A DNA stretch of 64,000 nt from Bryobacterales bacterium. GTDB taxonomy: Bacteria; Acidobacteriota; Terriglobia; Bryobacterales; UBA6623. Shown here one piece after another: positions 19,043 through 30,036 of the stretch. Location of the stretch: the NCBI GenBank assembly GCA_963422375.2, contig CAXXKD010000001.1, positions 256,001-320,000 on the forward strand, in the 5' to 3' direction. The translations under genes and the position numbers were made by a program. Numbering within the stretch: the first letter of the stretch is position 1; each line of letters starts with the position of its first letter. The notes beneath the pieces were generated by a model. The model was not told where the DNA came from and did no database searches. It saw only the letters and a list, made by a program, of their open reading frames with translations.

Positions 19043-20533
19043 CTACCATTCGGGCGGGCGCTTGTAGCCGGGGGGCCGTTGCACGCTCGTCTCCTTCGTC
19101 CGCACTGGCGGGGCGTGAGCTGCGTCGCCCGCGAGGCCGTGCCGGGGGATCAGCAGCTCGGCCGCGCGGTCGATCCGGCCGATCGGCCGGGCCGTCTCAG
19201 GCAGGGCGATGCCGGAGTCGATGGGCCACATCGGGCCGTCTCCAAGCGTTCGACGTGCCTCGTCCAGCAGTTTCGAGAGCCGCGTCGCCACGTCGGGGCT
19301 GGCTTTGGACGCGTCGTGGCGCTCGCCGACGTCGGATTCGAGATTGTAGAGGGTGCCGTCGGCATGCAGCTTCCAAGGGCCGCTTCGCACGGCCCGCAGT
19401 TCGTAGCCCCGGTAGTAGAAGAACGCGTCGTAAGGGGACGCTTCGCTGGTGGATCCCCGGAGAATGGAGGAGACGTCGTGCCCGTCGATCCGCCCAACGG
19501 GCGCATCCGCGCCCGCGAGCGCCGCGAATGTCGGCAGGATGTCCATCGTCGTGACGGTGTCTCCGTATTCCGACCCGGCCGGCACGGTGCCAGGCCACCA
19601 AGCCACCGTCGGCACGCGCAGGCCGCCCTCGTAGGTCGAGCCCTTCCGGCCCCTCAGCGGCCCGGCGCTCCCGCGCGCCGGGCCGTTGTCGGAAGTGAAG
19701 AGTACCAAGGTGTTCTTGGCGATGCCGTGCCCCTCGAGCCTCTTGCGGATTTCGCCGACGCTCCAGTCGAGTTCCTCGATGCAGTCGCCGAGAATGCCGT
19801 TGTTCGATGTCTCCTTGAACTCCTGCCCCGCCCACAGCGGCACATGCACCATCGAGTGCGGCAGGTACAGGAAGAACGGGCGGTCGCGATTGCTGTCGAT
19901 GAACGCCAGTGCCTCCTCCGTGTAGGCGGCGGTCAGGAAGGACTGGTCTTCGGGAATCTCGCGGATCACCTCGCCGTTCCGCAGCAGGGGCAGGGGAGGG
20001 TGGTTGCGCGGGTTCAGCGGCATGAACGGGCTCATGTCGTTCGAGTACGGGAGGCCGTAGTAGTAGTCGAACCCGTGGTTGTTGGGCAGGAATTCCGGCT
20101 GGTCTCCGAGATGCCACTTCCCGACAATGCCGGTAGCGTAGCCTCGCTCCCTGAGGACCTCGGCGACCGTCACCTCGTCAGGGTGGATTCCCTGCGGGTC
20201 GCCCGGCATGAGCACCGGATGCCAGTACCCTGTCTGCAAGCCGTTGCGGATGGGGTAGGAGCCTGTGAGCAGTGCCGCGCGGGACGGGGTGCAGACCGGG
20301 TGGGCGTAGAAGCTGGTCAGCTTCATGCCCTCGTCGGCCATGGCGTCGATATGGGGCGTGCGGTTCTCCGTGGAGCCGAAGGCCCCGACATCCCCGTAGC
20401 CCATGTCGTCGATGAAGACGACGACGAAGTTAGGACGGTCGGCCGGGTCCCGGACGCCTGCCGAAGGCACGGTGCCGCACGCAGATGCGAGCGCGAGGGC
20501 TAAAGAGATCGTGAACCAGGCGAGTCGAGGCAT
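19043..20533 (-). CDS. Cys-type arylsulfatase-like lipoprotein
   Basis: Lipobox ASAC, DDMGYGD, CTPSRAALLTG, GKWHLG, SDNG. Confidence 0.94.
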   Translation of the reverse strand: MPRLAWFTISLALALASACGTVPSAGVRDPADRPNFVVVFIDDMGYGDVGAFGSTENRTPHIDAMADEGMKLTSFYAHPVCTPSRAALLTGSYPIRNGLQTGYWHPVLMPGDPQGIHPDEVTVAEVLRERGYATGIVGKWHLGDQPEFLPNNHGFDYYYGLPYSNDMSPFMPLNPRNHPPLPLLRNGEVIREIPEDQSFLTAAYTEEALAFIDSNRDRPFFLYLPHSMVHVPLWAGQEFKETSNNGILGDCIEELDWSVGEIRKRLEGHGIAKNTLVLFTSDNGPARGSAGPLRGRKGSTYEGGLRVPTVAWWPGTVPAGSEYGDTVTTMDILPTFAALAGADAPVGRIDGHDVSSILRGSTSEASPYDAFFYYRGYELRAVRSGPWKLHADGTLYNLESDVGERHDASKASPDVATRLSKLLDEARRTLGDGPMWPIDSGIALPETARPIGRIDRAAELLIPRHGLAGDAAHAPPVRTKETSVQRPPGYKRPPEW

Positions 20534-21365
20534 CGAGAAGATATCTTCCCAATTCATGCGCAGGTGGGCAAGCGAGCGAGGTCCGGCCCGGCACGCGGCC
20601 GCGCGTGTCGGAAAGCCGTCCCAGTGCCTCCGGGGCTGCCCCCGCATCGGACTTCGCCCCGAGGCGCGCTCGCGGAATCGCCCCCGGCCCGAACCGGCTC
20701 CGGGCTAGGGCATCTTGTTGGGGCTCGGTCGCCAGGGGACTTGTAGGAAACTCCCGTCGCGAGAGTTCCCGTGGGAGCCCGGTTGCCGGCTTGCTGGGCC
20801 CTGGAAAGTGAGTTGGGAATCGGCGGGAGCAAGCCGTCGCACCGCTCCGGGTCCCGAATTGATCCGGGACGGGTCGGGCTCGCGGCGACCTTGGCACCAG
20901 AGGGGAGACAGGCAGGCCTACCGCTGGCTTTCGCTGACGGAAACTCCTATAGAGAGGAGCAGCGGGTCCTAAGCCCCCTGATCACCGATCCCTATCCCGC
21001 TATCGCATCGGGCAATTCCGACCGGTGGCTTCGGCTGGATATGTTCCGGCCGAATGCGTCGGGTGGATCCGTAGGCGCCGAGCACCGCCACTCAACCGAG
21101 CATACGGGTCGCGCAGTCCAAGTCAAGGTCGAATTCCGGATGCAACCGGGACCCGAACAAAGCGTCGAGCGGGCGGCGGCAGCGCCGCTTGGGGTCGAAT
21201 CCGAGCAACTTGCACGGTATACCCGCGACCGAAATCACCGGTCGGTTGCGCGCCAACTGCAGCGGATTGACCGAGTGCCGGTTGCGTCCGCTACCTGTCT
21301 TAAATCCTCAGGTCGAAGCGAGGATTCCGGCGCACACCCGGGTAGGCTGCCCTCGCCGCGAGCGG

Positions 21366-22346
21366 CTATTCGGCAGACTCGATCGCCGTGATCAGAGCCG
21401 GCACCACTTCGAATAGATCCGCCACGATCCCGTAGTCCGCAATCTCAAAGATCGGCGCGCCCGAATCCTTGTTCACGGCGACGATTGTCTTGGCTCCCTT
21501 CATGCCGACAACGTGCTGGATCGCGCCCGAGATGCCTAGGGCAAGATACAGGCTAGGTGCGACGGTCTGGCCCGAGCTGCCGATCTGGCGGTCGAGCGGG
21601 AGCCAGCCGTTGTCGCAGATCGGCCTTGACGCGGCCAGCTCTCCTCCGAGCGCCTTCGCCAGCTTGGCGGCTTGCGGGATGTTGCCCGGATCCTGAATGC
21701 CGCGTCCGACCGATACGATGATGTCGGCCGACCCTAGATCCACGGCGTCCTTCGCGTCTTGGTAAGGCGCTTCGGCCCGCGTGCGCGCGTTCCCTTGGTC
21801 CAAGGAGAGTTCCAGCGCGCGTATCGGCGCGGCTGCATCCCCCTCGCTGACGCTGTCAGCTCTGTAAGCGCCGGACTGGACGGACGCGAAGTACGGCGGG
21901 GCGTCCTCGACGGCGACATCGCCGTGCAGCTTGCCTTGGAAGAGCTGCCGCACGAAAACCGGCCTGCCCTCTTCGAATCGCATGCCTACCGTGTCGCTCA
22001 CGAACACCTTGCCGAGAGAAGCGGCTAGCTTCGGGGCCAGGTCGCGCACCTGGTAGGTGTGCGGGAAAAGCACCAAGCTCGGATCGAGCTGGCGGACGGT
22101 TTGGCGCAAGCCCTCCGCGTAGGCGTCGGCGGAGTACCCGGCCAGCGCCGGATGGTCGAGGGTGACGACTTCGCTCGCGCGCTTCGATGCGGCTTCGGAC
22201 GCTAGGCCGGCGATGCCGGAGCCGACTACCGCTAGCCGCAGCGGGCAGTCCAGAGCCGCTGCAGCCTCCTGTCCGGCGGCTACCGCCTCGAACGACATGC
22301 GATGCCATTTGCCGCCCTGCTGTTCGGTTACGACCAGAACGCTCAT
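21366..22346 (-). CDS. etfA: Electron transfer flavoprotein alpha subunit
   Basis: VSVGRGI, QIGSSGQTVAP, GISGAIQH, NKDSGAPIF; true start MSVLVV at 22346. Confidence 0.95.
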   Translation of the reverse strand: MSVLVVTEQQGGKWHRMSFEAVAAGQEAAAALDCPLRLAVVGSGIAGLASEAASKRASEVVTLDHPALAGYSADAYAEGLRQTVRQLDPSLVLFPHTYQVRDLAPKLAASLGKVFVSDTVGMRFEEGRPVFVRQLFQGKLHGDVAVEDAPPYFASVQSGAYRADSVSEGDAAAPIRALELSLDQGNARTRAEAPYQDAKDAVDLGSADIIVSVGRGIQDPGNIPQAAKLAKALGGELAASRPICDNGWLPLDRQIGSSGQTVAPSLYLALGISGAIQHVVGMKGAKTIVAVNKDSGAPIFEIADYGIVADLFEVVPALITAIESAE

Positions 22347-23113
22347 AGCACGCGTGCCTCGAAGCGGAGCTTGCCGAGCAGCTGCTCGGCGATTTCTTGG
22401 CCGCTGCCCTCTAGGAACTCGGTCTGCTTGGCCTGCTGCGGCTGGTAGAGACGGCGCACGCGCTGTTGGACGAGCACCTCGATGCCCAGCTCGTCCGGCG
22501 AGTACCGCTGGAACGGCTTCATGCGAGCGCGCTTGATGCCCATCAGGGTCGCGTAACGGACCTTGTTGATGCCGCTCTGGATCGTCAGCAGCGCGGGCTG
22601 GGGGAGCGTCACGGTCTGGAACCAGCCGGCCTCGAGTTCCCGCTTGCACCGGAGGCGGCCGCCCGCCGCGTTGATTTCCATGATGATCGTCGCGTGAGGA
22701 AGGCCGAGCAGTTCCGCGAGCACCACGCCGGTCTGGCCGAAGCCGGCGTCGTCCGACTGGAGTCCGGTCAGGATGAGATCGTGCGGCTCGCGCCTGATCG
22801 CCGCCGCCAGGGCCCTAGCCGTGGCGAAGGCGTCGGCTTGGACGTAGCGGTCGTCCTCGACGTGGATGCCGCGATCCGCGCCCTTGGCTAGGGCCTCGCG
22901 CACTGTGGAAGCCGCTCGCGCCGGGCCGGCCGTGACGGCGACCACCTGGCCGCCGTGCCTCTCCTTCAGTCGCAGCGCTTCCTCCAAGGCGAAGGTGTCC
23001 GGCTCGTTCATCTCGAACGCGAGGCCGTCGTCGCGAGCCCAGGTCTGGCTCTCGTTCAGGCGCAGCACCGAATCCCGCGCCATGACCTGCTTCACGCAAA
23101 CGAAGATGTTCAT
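22343..23113 (-). CDS. etfB: Electron transfer flavoprotein beta subunit
   Basis: MNIFVCVKQV, ALEEALRLKE, ALAKGAD, GLQSDD; 4-nt overlap with etfA. Confidence 0.95.
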   Translation of the reverse strand: MNIFVCVKQVMARDSVLRLNESQTWARDDGLAFEMNEPDTFALEEALRLKERHGGQVVAVTAGPARAASTVREALAKGADRGIHVEDDRYVQADAFATARALAAAIRREPHDLILTGLQSDDAGFGQTGVVLAELLGLPHATIIMEINAAGGRLRCKRELEAGWFQTVTLPQPALLTIQSGINKVRYATLMGIKRARMKPFQRYSPDELGIEVLVQQRVRRLYQPQQAKQTEFLEGSGQEIAEQLLGKLRFEARVL

Positions 23114-23156
23114 GCTGCTCGGGCAGGCCCGGCCACGGCGCCGGGCAATGATTCTA

Positions 23157-24401
23157 TCAGCGGCCGCCGAACCGTCGGAAAACGAGCGCCCCGTTCGTCC
23201 CGCCGAAGCCGAAGGAGTTGCTGAGGGTGTATTCGATTTCCATGCTCCGGGCCGTCGCCGGGACGTAGTCCAGATTGCAGCCCGGTCCGGGCCGCTCGAG
23301 ATTGATCGTGGGGGGCGCGACTTGGTCGCGGACCGCCAGCGCGGCAATGCCCGCCTCCAGGCCGCCGGCCCCGCCGAGCAGATGGCCGGTCATCGACTTC
23401 GTCGAGCTCACGGCCAGGCTCCGGGCATGGTTGCCGAAGACGGCCTCGATGGCCTGCGACTCGATCACGTCCCCGACCGGCGTGGACGTGCCGTGCGTGT
23501 TGACGTAATGCACGTCGGGGGGCGCGATGCCGGCGTCGTCGATCGCGCTCCGCATCACGCGTGTAGCCCCGTCGCCGTCCTCCGCCGGCGAGGTGATGTG
23601 GTGCGCGTCGCCGCTCATGCCGTAGCCGGCGACCTCCGCGATGATCGGGGCGTCGCGGCGCTGCGCCCCTTCCAAGGTCTCGAGGACTAGGATTCCGGCG
23701 CCCTCGCCGACCACGAAGCCGTCCCGGTCGACGTCCCACGGGCGGCAGGCGCTCTCCGGGCTGCCGTTGCGCGTCGACAGCGCCTTCATGGCTCCGAAGC
23801 CCGCGATGCTCATCGGGGTGATGGCCGCCTCGGCCCCCCCGCACAGCATCGCGTCCGCATGCCCGTTCTGGATCAGGCGGAACGAGTCGCCCACGGCGTG
23901 CGCCCCGCTCGTGCAGGCTGTCGCCGTCGCCGAATTGGGGCCCCTGGCGTTCCAGCGGATCGACACGTGGCCCGAGGCCAGGTTGACGATCGTCGCGGGA
24001 ATGAAGAACGGGGAGATCCGCCGCGGCCCGGACTTGAGCAGCTTGGCGTGCTCCCGCTCGATGACGTCGAAGCCGCCGATGCCGCTGCCGACGTAGACTC
24101 CCGTCCGCGCGGAGAGATCCGGCGTGACCTGCAGGCCGGACATCTCCATGGCGAACTCGCTGGCGGCGAGCGCGAAGAAGATGAACCGGCCCATCTTCCG
24201 GAGATCCTTGGCGGACACGAACTCCCGCGGGTCGAAGTTCGTGACCTCTCCCGCGATCTGGCAGGGAAAGTCGCCAGCGTCGAAATGCGTGATACGTCTG
24301 ATTCCGTTGCGCCCCTCGCGAAGCGCCCGCCAGCAGGCCTCGGTCCCCACCCCCACGGGAGAGACGAGCCCGACGCCCGTGACGACAACTCTTCTCGGCA
24401 A
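23157..24401 (-). CDS. fabF: Beta-ketoacyl-ACP synthase II
   Basis: RRVVVTG, TACTSG, HGTST, KSMTGHLLG, SNSFGFGGTN. Confidence 0.97.
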   Translation of the reverse strand: MPRRVVVTGVGLVSPVGVGTEACWRALREGRNGIRRITHFDAGDFPCQIAGEVTNFDPREFVSAKDLRKMGRFIFFALAASEFAMEMSGLQVTPDLSARTGVYVGSGIGGFDVIEREHAKLLKSGPRRISPFFIPATIVNLASGHVSIRWNARGPNSATATACTSGAHAVGDSFRLIQNGHADAMLCGGAEAAITPMSIAGFGAMKALSTRNGSPESACRPWDVDRDGFVVGEGAGILVLETLEGAQRRDAPIIAEVAGYGMSGDAHHITSPAEDGDGATRVMRSAIDDAGIAPPDVHYVNTHGTSTPVGDVIESQAIEAVFGNHARSLAVSSTKSMTGHLLGGAGGLEAGIAALAVRDQVAPPTINLERPGPGCNLDYVPATARSMEIEYTLSNSFGFGGTNGALVFRRFGGR

Positions 24402-24412
24402 CTGGAATCCCG

Positions 24413-24652
24413 CTAGGAGCTCGACTGAGTCGAAGTGATGTAACGAATCGCGTCACCGACCGTGCGAATCTTCTCCGCGTCGTCGTCCGGAATCTCGATG
24501 CCGAAGGCTTCCTCCAGCGCCATGATGAGCTCGACGATGTCGAGCGAGTCGGCGTTCAAGGACTCCTGGAAGGACGCGTCGGGAGTCACTTGGGACTCCT
24601 CGACGCTTAGCTGTTCGCAGACGATCTCTGTGATCTTCTTCTCAATATCCAT
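24413..24652 (-). CDS. acpP: Acyl carrier protein
   Basis: ADSLDIVEL phosphopantetheine site, [13 protein letters not shown]. Confidence 0.97.
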   Translation of the reverse strand: MDIEKKITEIVCEQLSVEESQVTPDASFQESLNADSLDIVELIMALEEAFGIEIPDDDAEKIRTVGDAIRYITSTQSSS

Positions 24653-24752
24653 CTTGGCTCCTGTTGGATCCCATTCCTGCAGCGGTAGCCCGCTGGCCGC
24701 TCGGAGGCTTGCGGCGAATCGGCCGGGTCACATCCCCCGTCGGAGGCGGGCG

Positions 24753-25091
24753 CTACAGGCTCAGCACGTAGGCGGCGATGTTGATCTTCTCTTCCTCGCT
24801 GAGCATCTGCTCGAACGCGGGCATGCCGTTGCCTCCCTTGTTCATGTTCTCGAGGACGTTCTCGTGCGTGGCGTCCTTGCCGCTCGGCAGCTTGCCGTCC
24901 TTGATTCCCGCTAGGCCTGGACCGATCTTCTTTTCCGCGCTGTCATCGAAGTGGCAGAGGAGGCAACGCGACTGGAACGCTTCCTTGCCCTGCTCGGCGT
25001 CGCCCTTGTCTTGGGCGTCTTGGGCGTTCGCCGCGACCCCGGCCGCGAGTACGAACGCTGCCGCCACCATCGTGACTCTTGTGCCAAACAT
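24753..25091 (-). CDS. Small periplasmic cytochrome c
   Basis: Signal peptide, CLLCH, GPGL, GMPAF Met ligand. Confidence 0.9.
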   Translation of the reverse strand: MFGTRVTMVAAAFVLAAGVAANAQDAQDKGDAEQGKEAFQSRCLLCHFDDSAEKKIGPGLAGIKDGKLPSGKDATHENVLENMNKGGNGMPAFEQMLSEEEKINIAAYVLSL

Positions 25092-25186
25092 GATTCCCGG
25101 ATTCCTCCATTCCCAGTCTAGCGCAGACCGTCGGCGCGTGCAGCGCCGTCTCCCCTGGCCTGCCCGACGGGCTACCATGTTGGGTC

Positions 25187-26215
25187 ATGGACCTTCGCTT
25201 GACCCTTGCGGCGCACCTTGCCCTCGCGCTGCTGGCACCCTCGCTTCCGGCTGCCGACGCGCTGCGGATCTACTGGATCGACGTGGAGGGCGGTGCCGCG
25301 ACGCTGGTCGTGACCCCCGATTCGGAGACGATCCTCATGGACGCGGGCTGGGCGGGCTTCGACGGACGCGACCCGGCTCGCATCGTCAAGGTGCTGGACG
25401 ACGAGGTCGGCAGGAAGGAGCTCGACTACTTCATCGCCTCGCACTTCCACCGCGACCACACGGGCGGAGTGGCCGAACTGGCGCGGATGATCCCGATCGG
25501 CAAGTTCGTCGACCATGGCGACAGCGTCGAGCTCGGCTGGAGCGAGCGCGCGGACGAGCTGTTCAGGAGCTACGCCGAGACGGCCGGCGAGAACCGCATG
25601 CAGGTCCGGCCCGGCGAGCGGCTGCCGCTGAAGTCGACCGACTTCCAGTTCGTCGCCGCCCGCAGCCGCTTTCTCGAACGCCCGCTCGCCCCCGGTGGGC
25701 CCAACCCCGCCTGCCGGGACGCGGCGCTGAAGGCCGTGGACAAGGGCGAGAACGGCAAGAGCGTCGGCTTCATCGTGCGGCTCGGCAAGTTCGAGTTCCT
25801 GGACTTGGGCGACCTGAGCTGGAACTTCGAGATCGAGACGGCCTGCCCGGCGAATCTGTTCGGCCAGGTGGACCTGTACCAGGTCACCCATCACGGCATG
25901 CACATGTCGGGCGCCCCGCCTCACATCCGAGGCATCCGGCCCTTGGTCGCGGTCATGAACAACGGCCCGCGCAAGGGCGGCAGCCCTGCCACCTTCGAGG
26001 CGCTGGCGGGAACCGCGTCGCTGTCGGACCTGTGGCAGGTTCACCGGGCGGTGGAGAGCGACGACAGCCACAACCCTCCGCGCGACTTCATCGCCAACCT
26101 CGGCGAGACCGAAGGCTGCGAGGCCCACTGGATCAAGGCCGAAGTGCAGCCGGACGGGCGCTTCAGCGTCACGAATTCCCGCAACGGGTTCACGAAGGAG
26201 TACGTGCCGCGCTAG
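25187..26215 (+). CDS. Secreted MBL-fold (ComEC/Rec2-like) hydrolase
   Basis: IDVEGGAATL, HFHRDH, GDL, THHG. Confidence 0.88.
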   Translation: MDLRLTLAAHLALALLAPSLPAADALRIYWIDVEGGAATLVVTPDSETILMDAGWAGFDGRDPARIVKVLDDEVGRKELDYFIASHFHRDHTGGVAELARMIPIGKFVDHGDSVELGWSERADELFRSYAETAGENRMQVRPGERLPLKSTDFQFVAARSRFLERPLAPGGPNPACRDAALKAVDKGENGKSVGFIVRLGKFEFLDLGDLSWNFEIETACPANLFGQVDLYQVTHHGMHMSGAPPHIRGIRPLVAVMNNGPRKGGSPATFEALAGTASLSDLWQVHRAVESDDSHNPPRDFIANLGETEGCEAHWIKAEVQPDGRFSVTNSRNGFTKEYVPR

Positions 26216-26234
26216 GGCCGGGCGTCCCGGCGCC

Positions 26235-27872
26235 TCAGGAAACCGCTCCCCGGCTCCCGTCCATCAGGCGGGCTGCCCGACCGAGCAGGGAGCGGGCGCG
26301 CAGCACGACGGGATCGTAGGTTGCCTTGACCCGCATGCCCTCGTCGTAATCGAAGTACGAGATGTGCATCCGGGTCGCCAGCGACCGCAGCAGGGCCTGC
26401 CGGTCTTCCGCCCCGATCGACGACCTCGGTACGCCGTTCCTGTCGACGAACTCCAGCAGGATGTCGAGCAGTTCGGGCGAGGGGGCCTCGTCCCTGAGCA
26501 TCGTGTAGCCGCGCGAGCGCATGCGGGCGACGAACCGCTCGACGACGCGCAGGTTGTCCACTTTGCGCATCGCTGCGCCGGGACTGCTCTCGTGGACCGG
26601 CACGTCCGGGGAGATCCCGCCGAACTCGTAGACCTTTCTCCCGAGGTCAGTCAGCCGCACGGTGCCCTGCTTGGGCTGGTACTTCTCGCTGCACGGCTCG
26701 CTGAAGTAATCGTGGGGCGCGATCCTGCGGTAGGGCCGCTGGATGAGCCGCCCGCTGGGCGAGTAGTACCGGGCGGTTGTGAGCACCATCCCGGTGGACT
26801 CCGGCAGGGCGAAGACCGATTGCACCAGTCCCTTGCCGAAGGTGTGCGTGCCGACGATCAGCGCCCTGTCGTGATCCTGCAGGGCGCCGGCGACGATTTC
26901 CGACGCCGAGGCGGAGTTGCAGTTCACGACGACCACCATCGGGTAGTCGAGATCCGGGCTCGCGGCCTGCGAGCGGTACCGGCGCTCCGGCGAGGAGCGC
27001 CCGCGATGGGACACTACGCTCTGGCCGGCGCCGAGGAACTGGCTGGCCACGTTGACCCCGGCGGACAGCAGCCCGCCCTTGTTCTCGCGCAGGTCCAGGA
27101 CCAGGCCGCGCATCCCGCGGCTCTTGAGGTTGACGAGGGCATCGTTCAGCTCGTTGCCGGTGTTCTCGCCGAAGCTGGTCACCCGCAGGTAGCCGGAGCC
27201 GTCCTCGAAGAGGATCTGGACGGGAACCGTGGAGCGCGGGATGACGTTGCGGACGAGATCCACCTCGATCTGCTCGTCCGCGCCCACGCGCGAGAGGCTC
27301 AGCCGCACGGTAGTTCCGGGCGGGCCCTTGACGGAATCGGCGACCTCGGCCAGCCCGAGGCCGGCGACCGGGCGGCCGTCCACCATCTCGATCGAGTCGC
27401 TCGGGCGGATTCCGGCGTCGAACGCCGGCGTGCCCGGGAAGGGGAAGTCGACGACCGCCCTCCGGCCGAAGCTGACCAGCTGCATTCCCACGCCCGCGTA
27501 GCTGCCGCGCTCCTGCTCCCGCATCTTGAGGAATTCCTCGTGCGTCAGGAACGTCGAATGCGGGTCCAGCCTTGCCAGCATGGCCGGGATGGCCCCGCGG
27601 TACATCGCTTCGTCCCAGTCGACGGGCCGCACGAAGCGCTGCTCGATCAGGCGGGTGACCTGCAGGGTGCGCTGGACGTGCTCGTGCAGGGGGGCGATCT
27701 GGATCAGGTTCCCGTTCGTGCCGATGCGCAGCCCGTAGCTGTCGCCGACGTAGCTGGAGGCAGCGACTACCGCGACGAGCAACGCGACAGGCAGGGCCCG
27801 CCTGGCGTGCCGCGCCGAAGGCCTCGACGGTCGGCCCGCGCGCGTCGGATGGCCGTCCGGGCTAGGTCGCAT
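26235..27872 (-). CDS. S41 C-terminal processing peptidase with PDZ domain
   Basis: LDPHS, DLRENKGG, SASASEIVAGALQD, FGKGLVQ; start uncertain. Confidence 0.92.
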   Translation of the reverse strand: MRPSPDGHPTRAGRPSRPSARHARRALPVALLVAVVAASSYVGDSYGLRIGTNGNLIQIAPLHEHVQRTLQVTRLIEQRFVRPVDWDEAMYRGAIPAMLARLDPHSTFLTHEEFLKMREQERGSYAGVGMQLVSFGRRAVVDFPFPGTPAFDAGIRPSDSIEMVDGRPVAGLGLAEVADSVKGPPGTTVRLSLSRVGADEQIEVDLVRNVIPRSTVPVQILFEDGSGYLRVTSFGENTGNELNDALVNLKSRGMRGLVLDLRENKGGLLSAGVNVASQFLGAGQSVVSHRGRSSPERRYRSQAASPDLDYPMVVVVNCNSASASEIVAGALQDHDRALIVGTHTFGKGLVQSVFALPESTGMVLTTARYYSPSGRLIQRPYRRIAPHDYFSEPCSEKYQPKQGTVRLTDLGRKVYEFGGISPDVPVHESSPGAAMRKVDNLRVVERFVARMRSRGYTMLRDEAPSPELLDILLEFVDRNGVPRSSIGAEDRQALLRSLATRMHISYFDYDEGMRVKATYDPVVLRARSLLGRAARLMDGSRGAVS

Positions 27873-28194
27873 GCAGGTGGTCTATTTTCGCGGCCAGCAC
27901 GAAGTCCGACTCCGTGAGGCCGTTGATCTTGTGGGTCCAGATCTTGATGCCGACCGTGCCCCAAGCGAGATAGATGTCCGGATGGTGCCCTTGGTCCTCG
28001 GCGAGCGCGCCTACCCGGTTGGTGAATGCAAGCGCCTCGACGAAGTTCGGAAACTCGAAGTCGCGCTCGAGGTGGTGCCCTTCCGCGACGGACCAGCCGG
28101 GGACCTGAGCGACGTAGGCGGCCAGCTCCTCTCCCTCCAGCGGGGGCACGCCGCCGCGACACGGCACGCACGATTTCCGAGCTAGTTCCGACAC
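27862..28194 (-). CDS. Pterin-4-alpha-carbinolamine dehydratase
   Basis: CVPCRGG, HHPDI, WTHKINGLTESDFVLAAKID; GTG start inferred. Confidence 0.92.
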   Translation of the reverse strand: MSELARKSCVPCRGGVPPLEGEELAAYVAQVPGWSVAEGHHLERDFEFPNFVEALAFTNRVGALAEDQGHHPDIYLAWGTVGIKIWTHKINGLTESDFVLAAKIDHLHAT

Positions 28195-28860
28195 AACAGT
28201 CACCCTCGAGCGTATCGTAGCACGCTTCCCTTGGTTCGCTTGCGGTCCGTTTTCGCCGGGGCGGGGCGGTCGCGCCTGGCGGCCGCCCCGCTCGCGTCTT
28301 GGGATGCGCAATTGGCGGCTGATCGCAGGCGCTCGCCTGACGGCCGGGACCAAGTAGGAGGCTAGCGGGAGACCGTGGAGTTCCTAGCGCGATCATCCAG
28401 CCGCTCCGGTCTCGACCGGCGAGACAGCGCGGGAAACCGGGGACTCTTCGCCGGTGGCGGCATTGCTAAAGCCTTGGCGCGATGATCCGCGTTCGCTGTC
28501 GAGCATCAATCGGCATTCCAACAGCCGGCGGCGCCCTGAGCGGCCTCGATGGACCTCGAAGGGGCCGAGCGTGGAAGCTTGGCTGCGGCGGTCGGCGGAG
28601 AGAGGGTAGCGGCGACCGTCCGCTTCCAGATACACTGGGGGTCTCGAAAGCGAGCGCATTCCGCGAGTTCGGCGGGTCGCGGCTGCGAGCCGGGAACCGT
28701 CCGAGATGCGCGCTCGCGGCTTCGGACCGACGTGGCAAGCGAGGCGGATCCGCGTGACCGAGGGGAGATGGTGGCTCTGCGATGTGATTCAGGACCGTGC
28801 CTGTCTACGGCCGGCCATCGAGGCGCAGCGAGCTGAGTGGCCGCGACGCTAGGCGAGCGA

Positions 28861-29454
28861 ATGACACCCGAAGCAGTCAAGACCGCTGAGGAGACTGCGG
28901 TGCAGGCCGGGCGCGTGCTGATTCCTGCATCGGAAGTCGCCAAGCGGGTTGAGGAGCTGGGCACCCAGATCAAGCGCGATTATGCGGGAGAGACCGTCCA
29001 GATGGTGGTCATTCTTTCGGGCGGGTGGATCTTTGCGGCCGACCTTGCTCGCGTGATCCAGCCCGAAGTCGACGTCAGGGTGAACTTTATCCGCGCTTCG
29101 AGTTACGGAGCCGGCACCAGGAGTTCCGGCAGAGTTCGCATCAAGGGCGGCATCCAGTTCGACATCACGAATGCAAAGGTGATCGTCGTCGATGACATCG
29201 TCGATACCGGCCGCACAGCGAAGGCGATGATCGACCGCTTGAAGCTGCACAACCCCGAGTCGATCCGCCTGGCGGCCATGCTGAGCAAGGAGGCGCGGCG
29301 ATTCACGTCAGTGCGCATCGATTACTTGGGCTTCCGCATTCCGAACAAGTACGTGGTTGGGTACGGCATGGATTTCGACGATGGTTTCCGGCACCTGCCG
29401 GACGTCCGCGTAGTAGAGGGCGCGCCGGACGAGGCAGATTCCGAGCTTCTATGA
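28861..29454 (+). CDS. hpt: Hypoxanthine phosphoribosyltransferase
   Basis: SSYG loop, PRPP motif VVDDIVDTGRT, VVGYGMD; alternative GTG start at 28837. Confidence 0.92.
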   Translation: MTPEAVKTAEETAVQAGRVLIPASEVAKRVEELGTQIKRDYAGETVQMVVILSGGWIFAADLARVIQPEVDVRVNFIRASSYGAGTRSSGRVRIKGGIQFDITNAKVIVVDDIVDTGRTAKAMIDRLKLHNPESIRLAAMLSKEARRFTSVRIDYLGFRIPNKYVVGYGMDFDDGFRHLPDVRVVEGAPDEADSELL

Positions 29455-30036
29455 CCCGGGAAGGACGATAAGGAGGGCGCTTCGCGCAATGCCTCCGCTG
29501 GGGCTTGCCGGGAGAGTGCCCCTGCGGTAGCTCGGCGCGCTGCCCGGCTAAGTCCCGCCTGCCTGCGCACTCGCGGGATCGGACACTTGCCTCCCCGGCT
29601 CCGGATGACCGGCACCCGTCAGTGTTCGCGTTGGAATTCGCTTTGGTCGGATCCAGCGCCGTTGGTCAGAGCGGGGCCGATGGCCGGCCCGCCCGCCTCC
29701 CTGAATCGACAGTCGCCGGCGCGGACGGAGTGCGCGGGTGTCTCATGTGGCGGTCCGGCGTTCGGTTCAGCACCCGTGGAAAGCTTGACCCTCCAAGTGT
29801 CTCCCGAGAAGGAGGCAACGAAGACGCGCTGCTGGAGTCGTTCGGCTTCGCTTCCGCCCCGGGGCGCATCGACCTGCCTGGCGGCGTCGCTCGACCGGTC
29901 GAATCCAGAGATTGAGTGGTCGAACGGACCGATCCGGCGCGAATGGACCGGCGCGCCGCGGGGGCAGCCGCGCAACCGGTCGGTCTCTAGCCGGGCAGTT
30001 GCGCGGGATCTAGGCCGCTGCGGCCGCAAGACGGGC

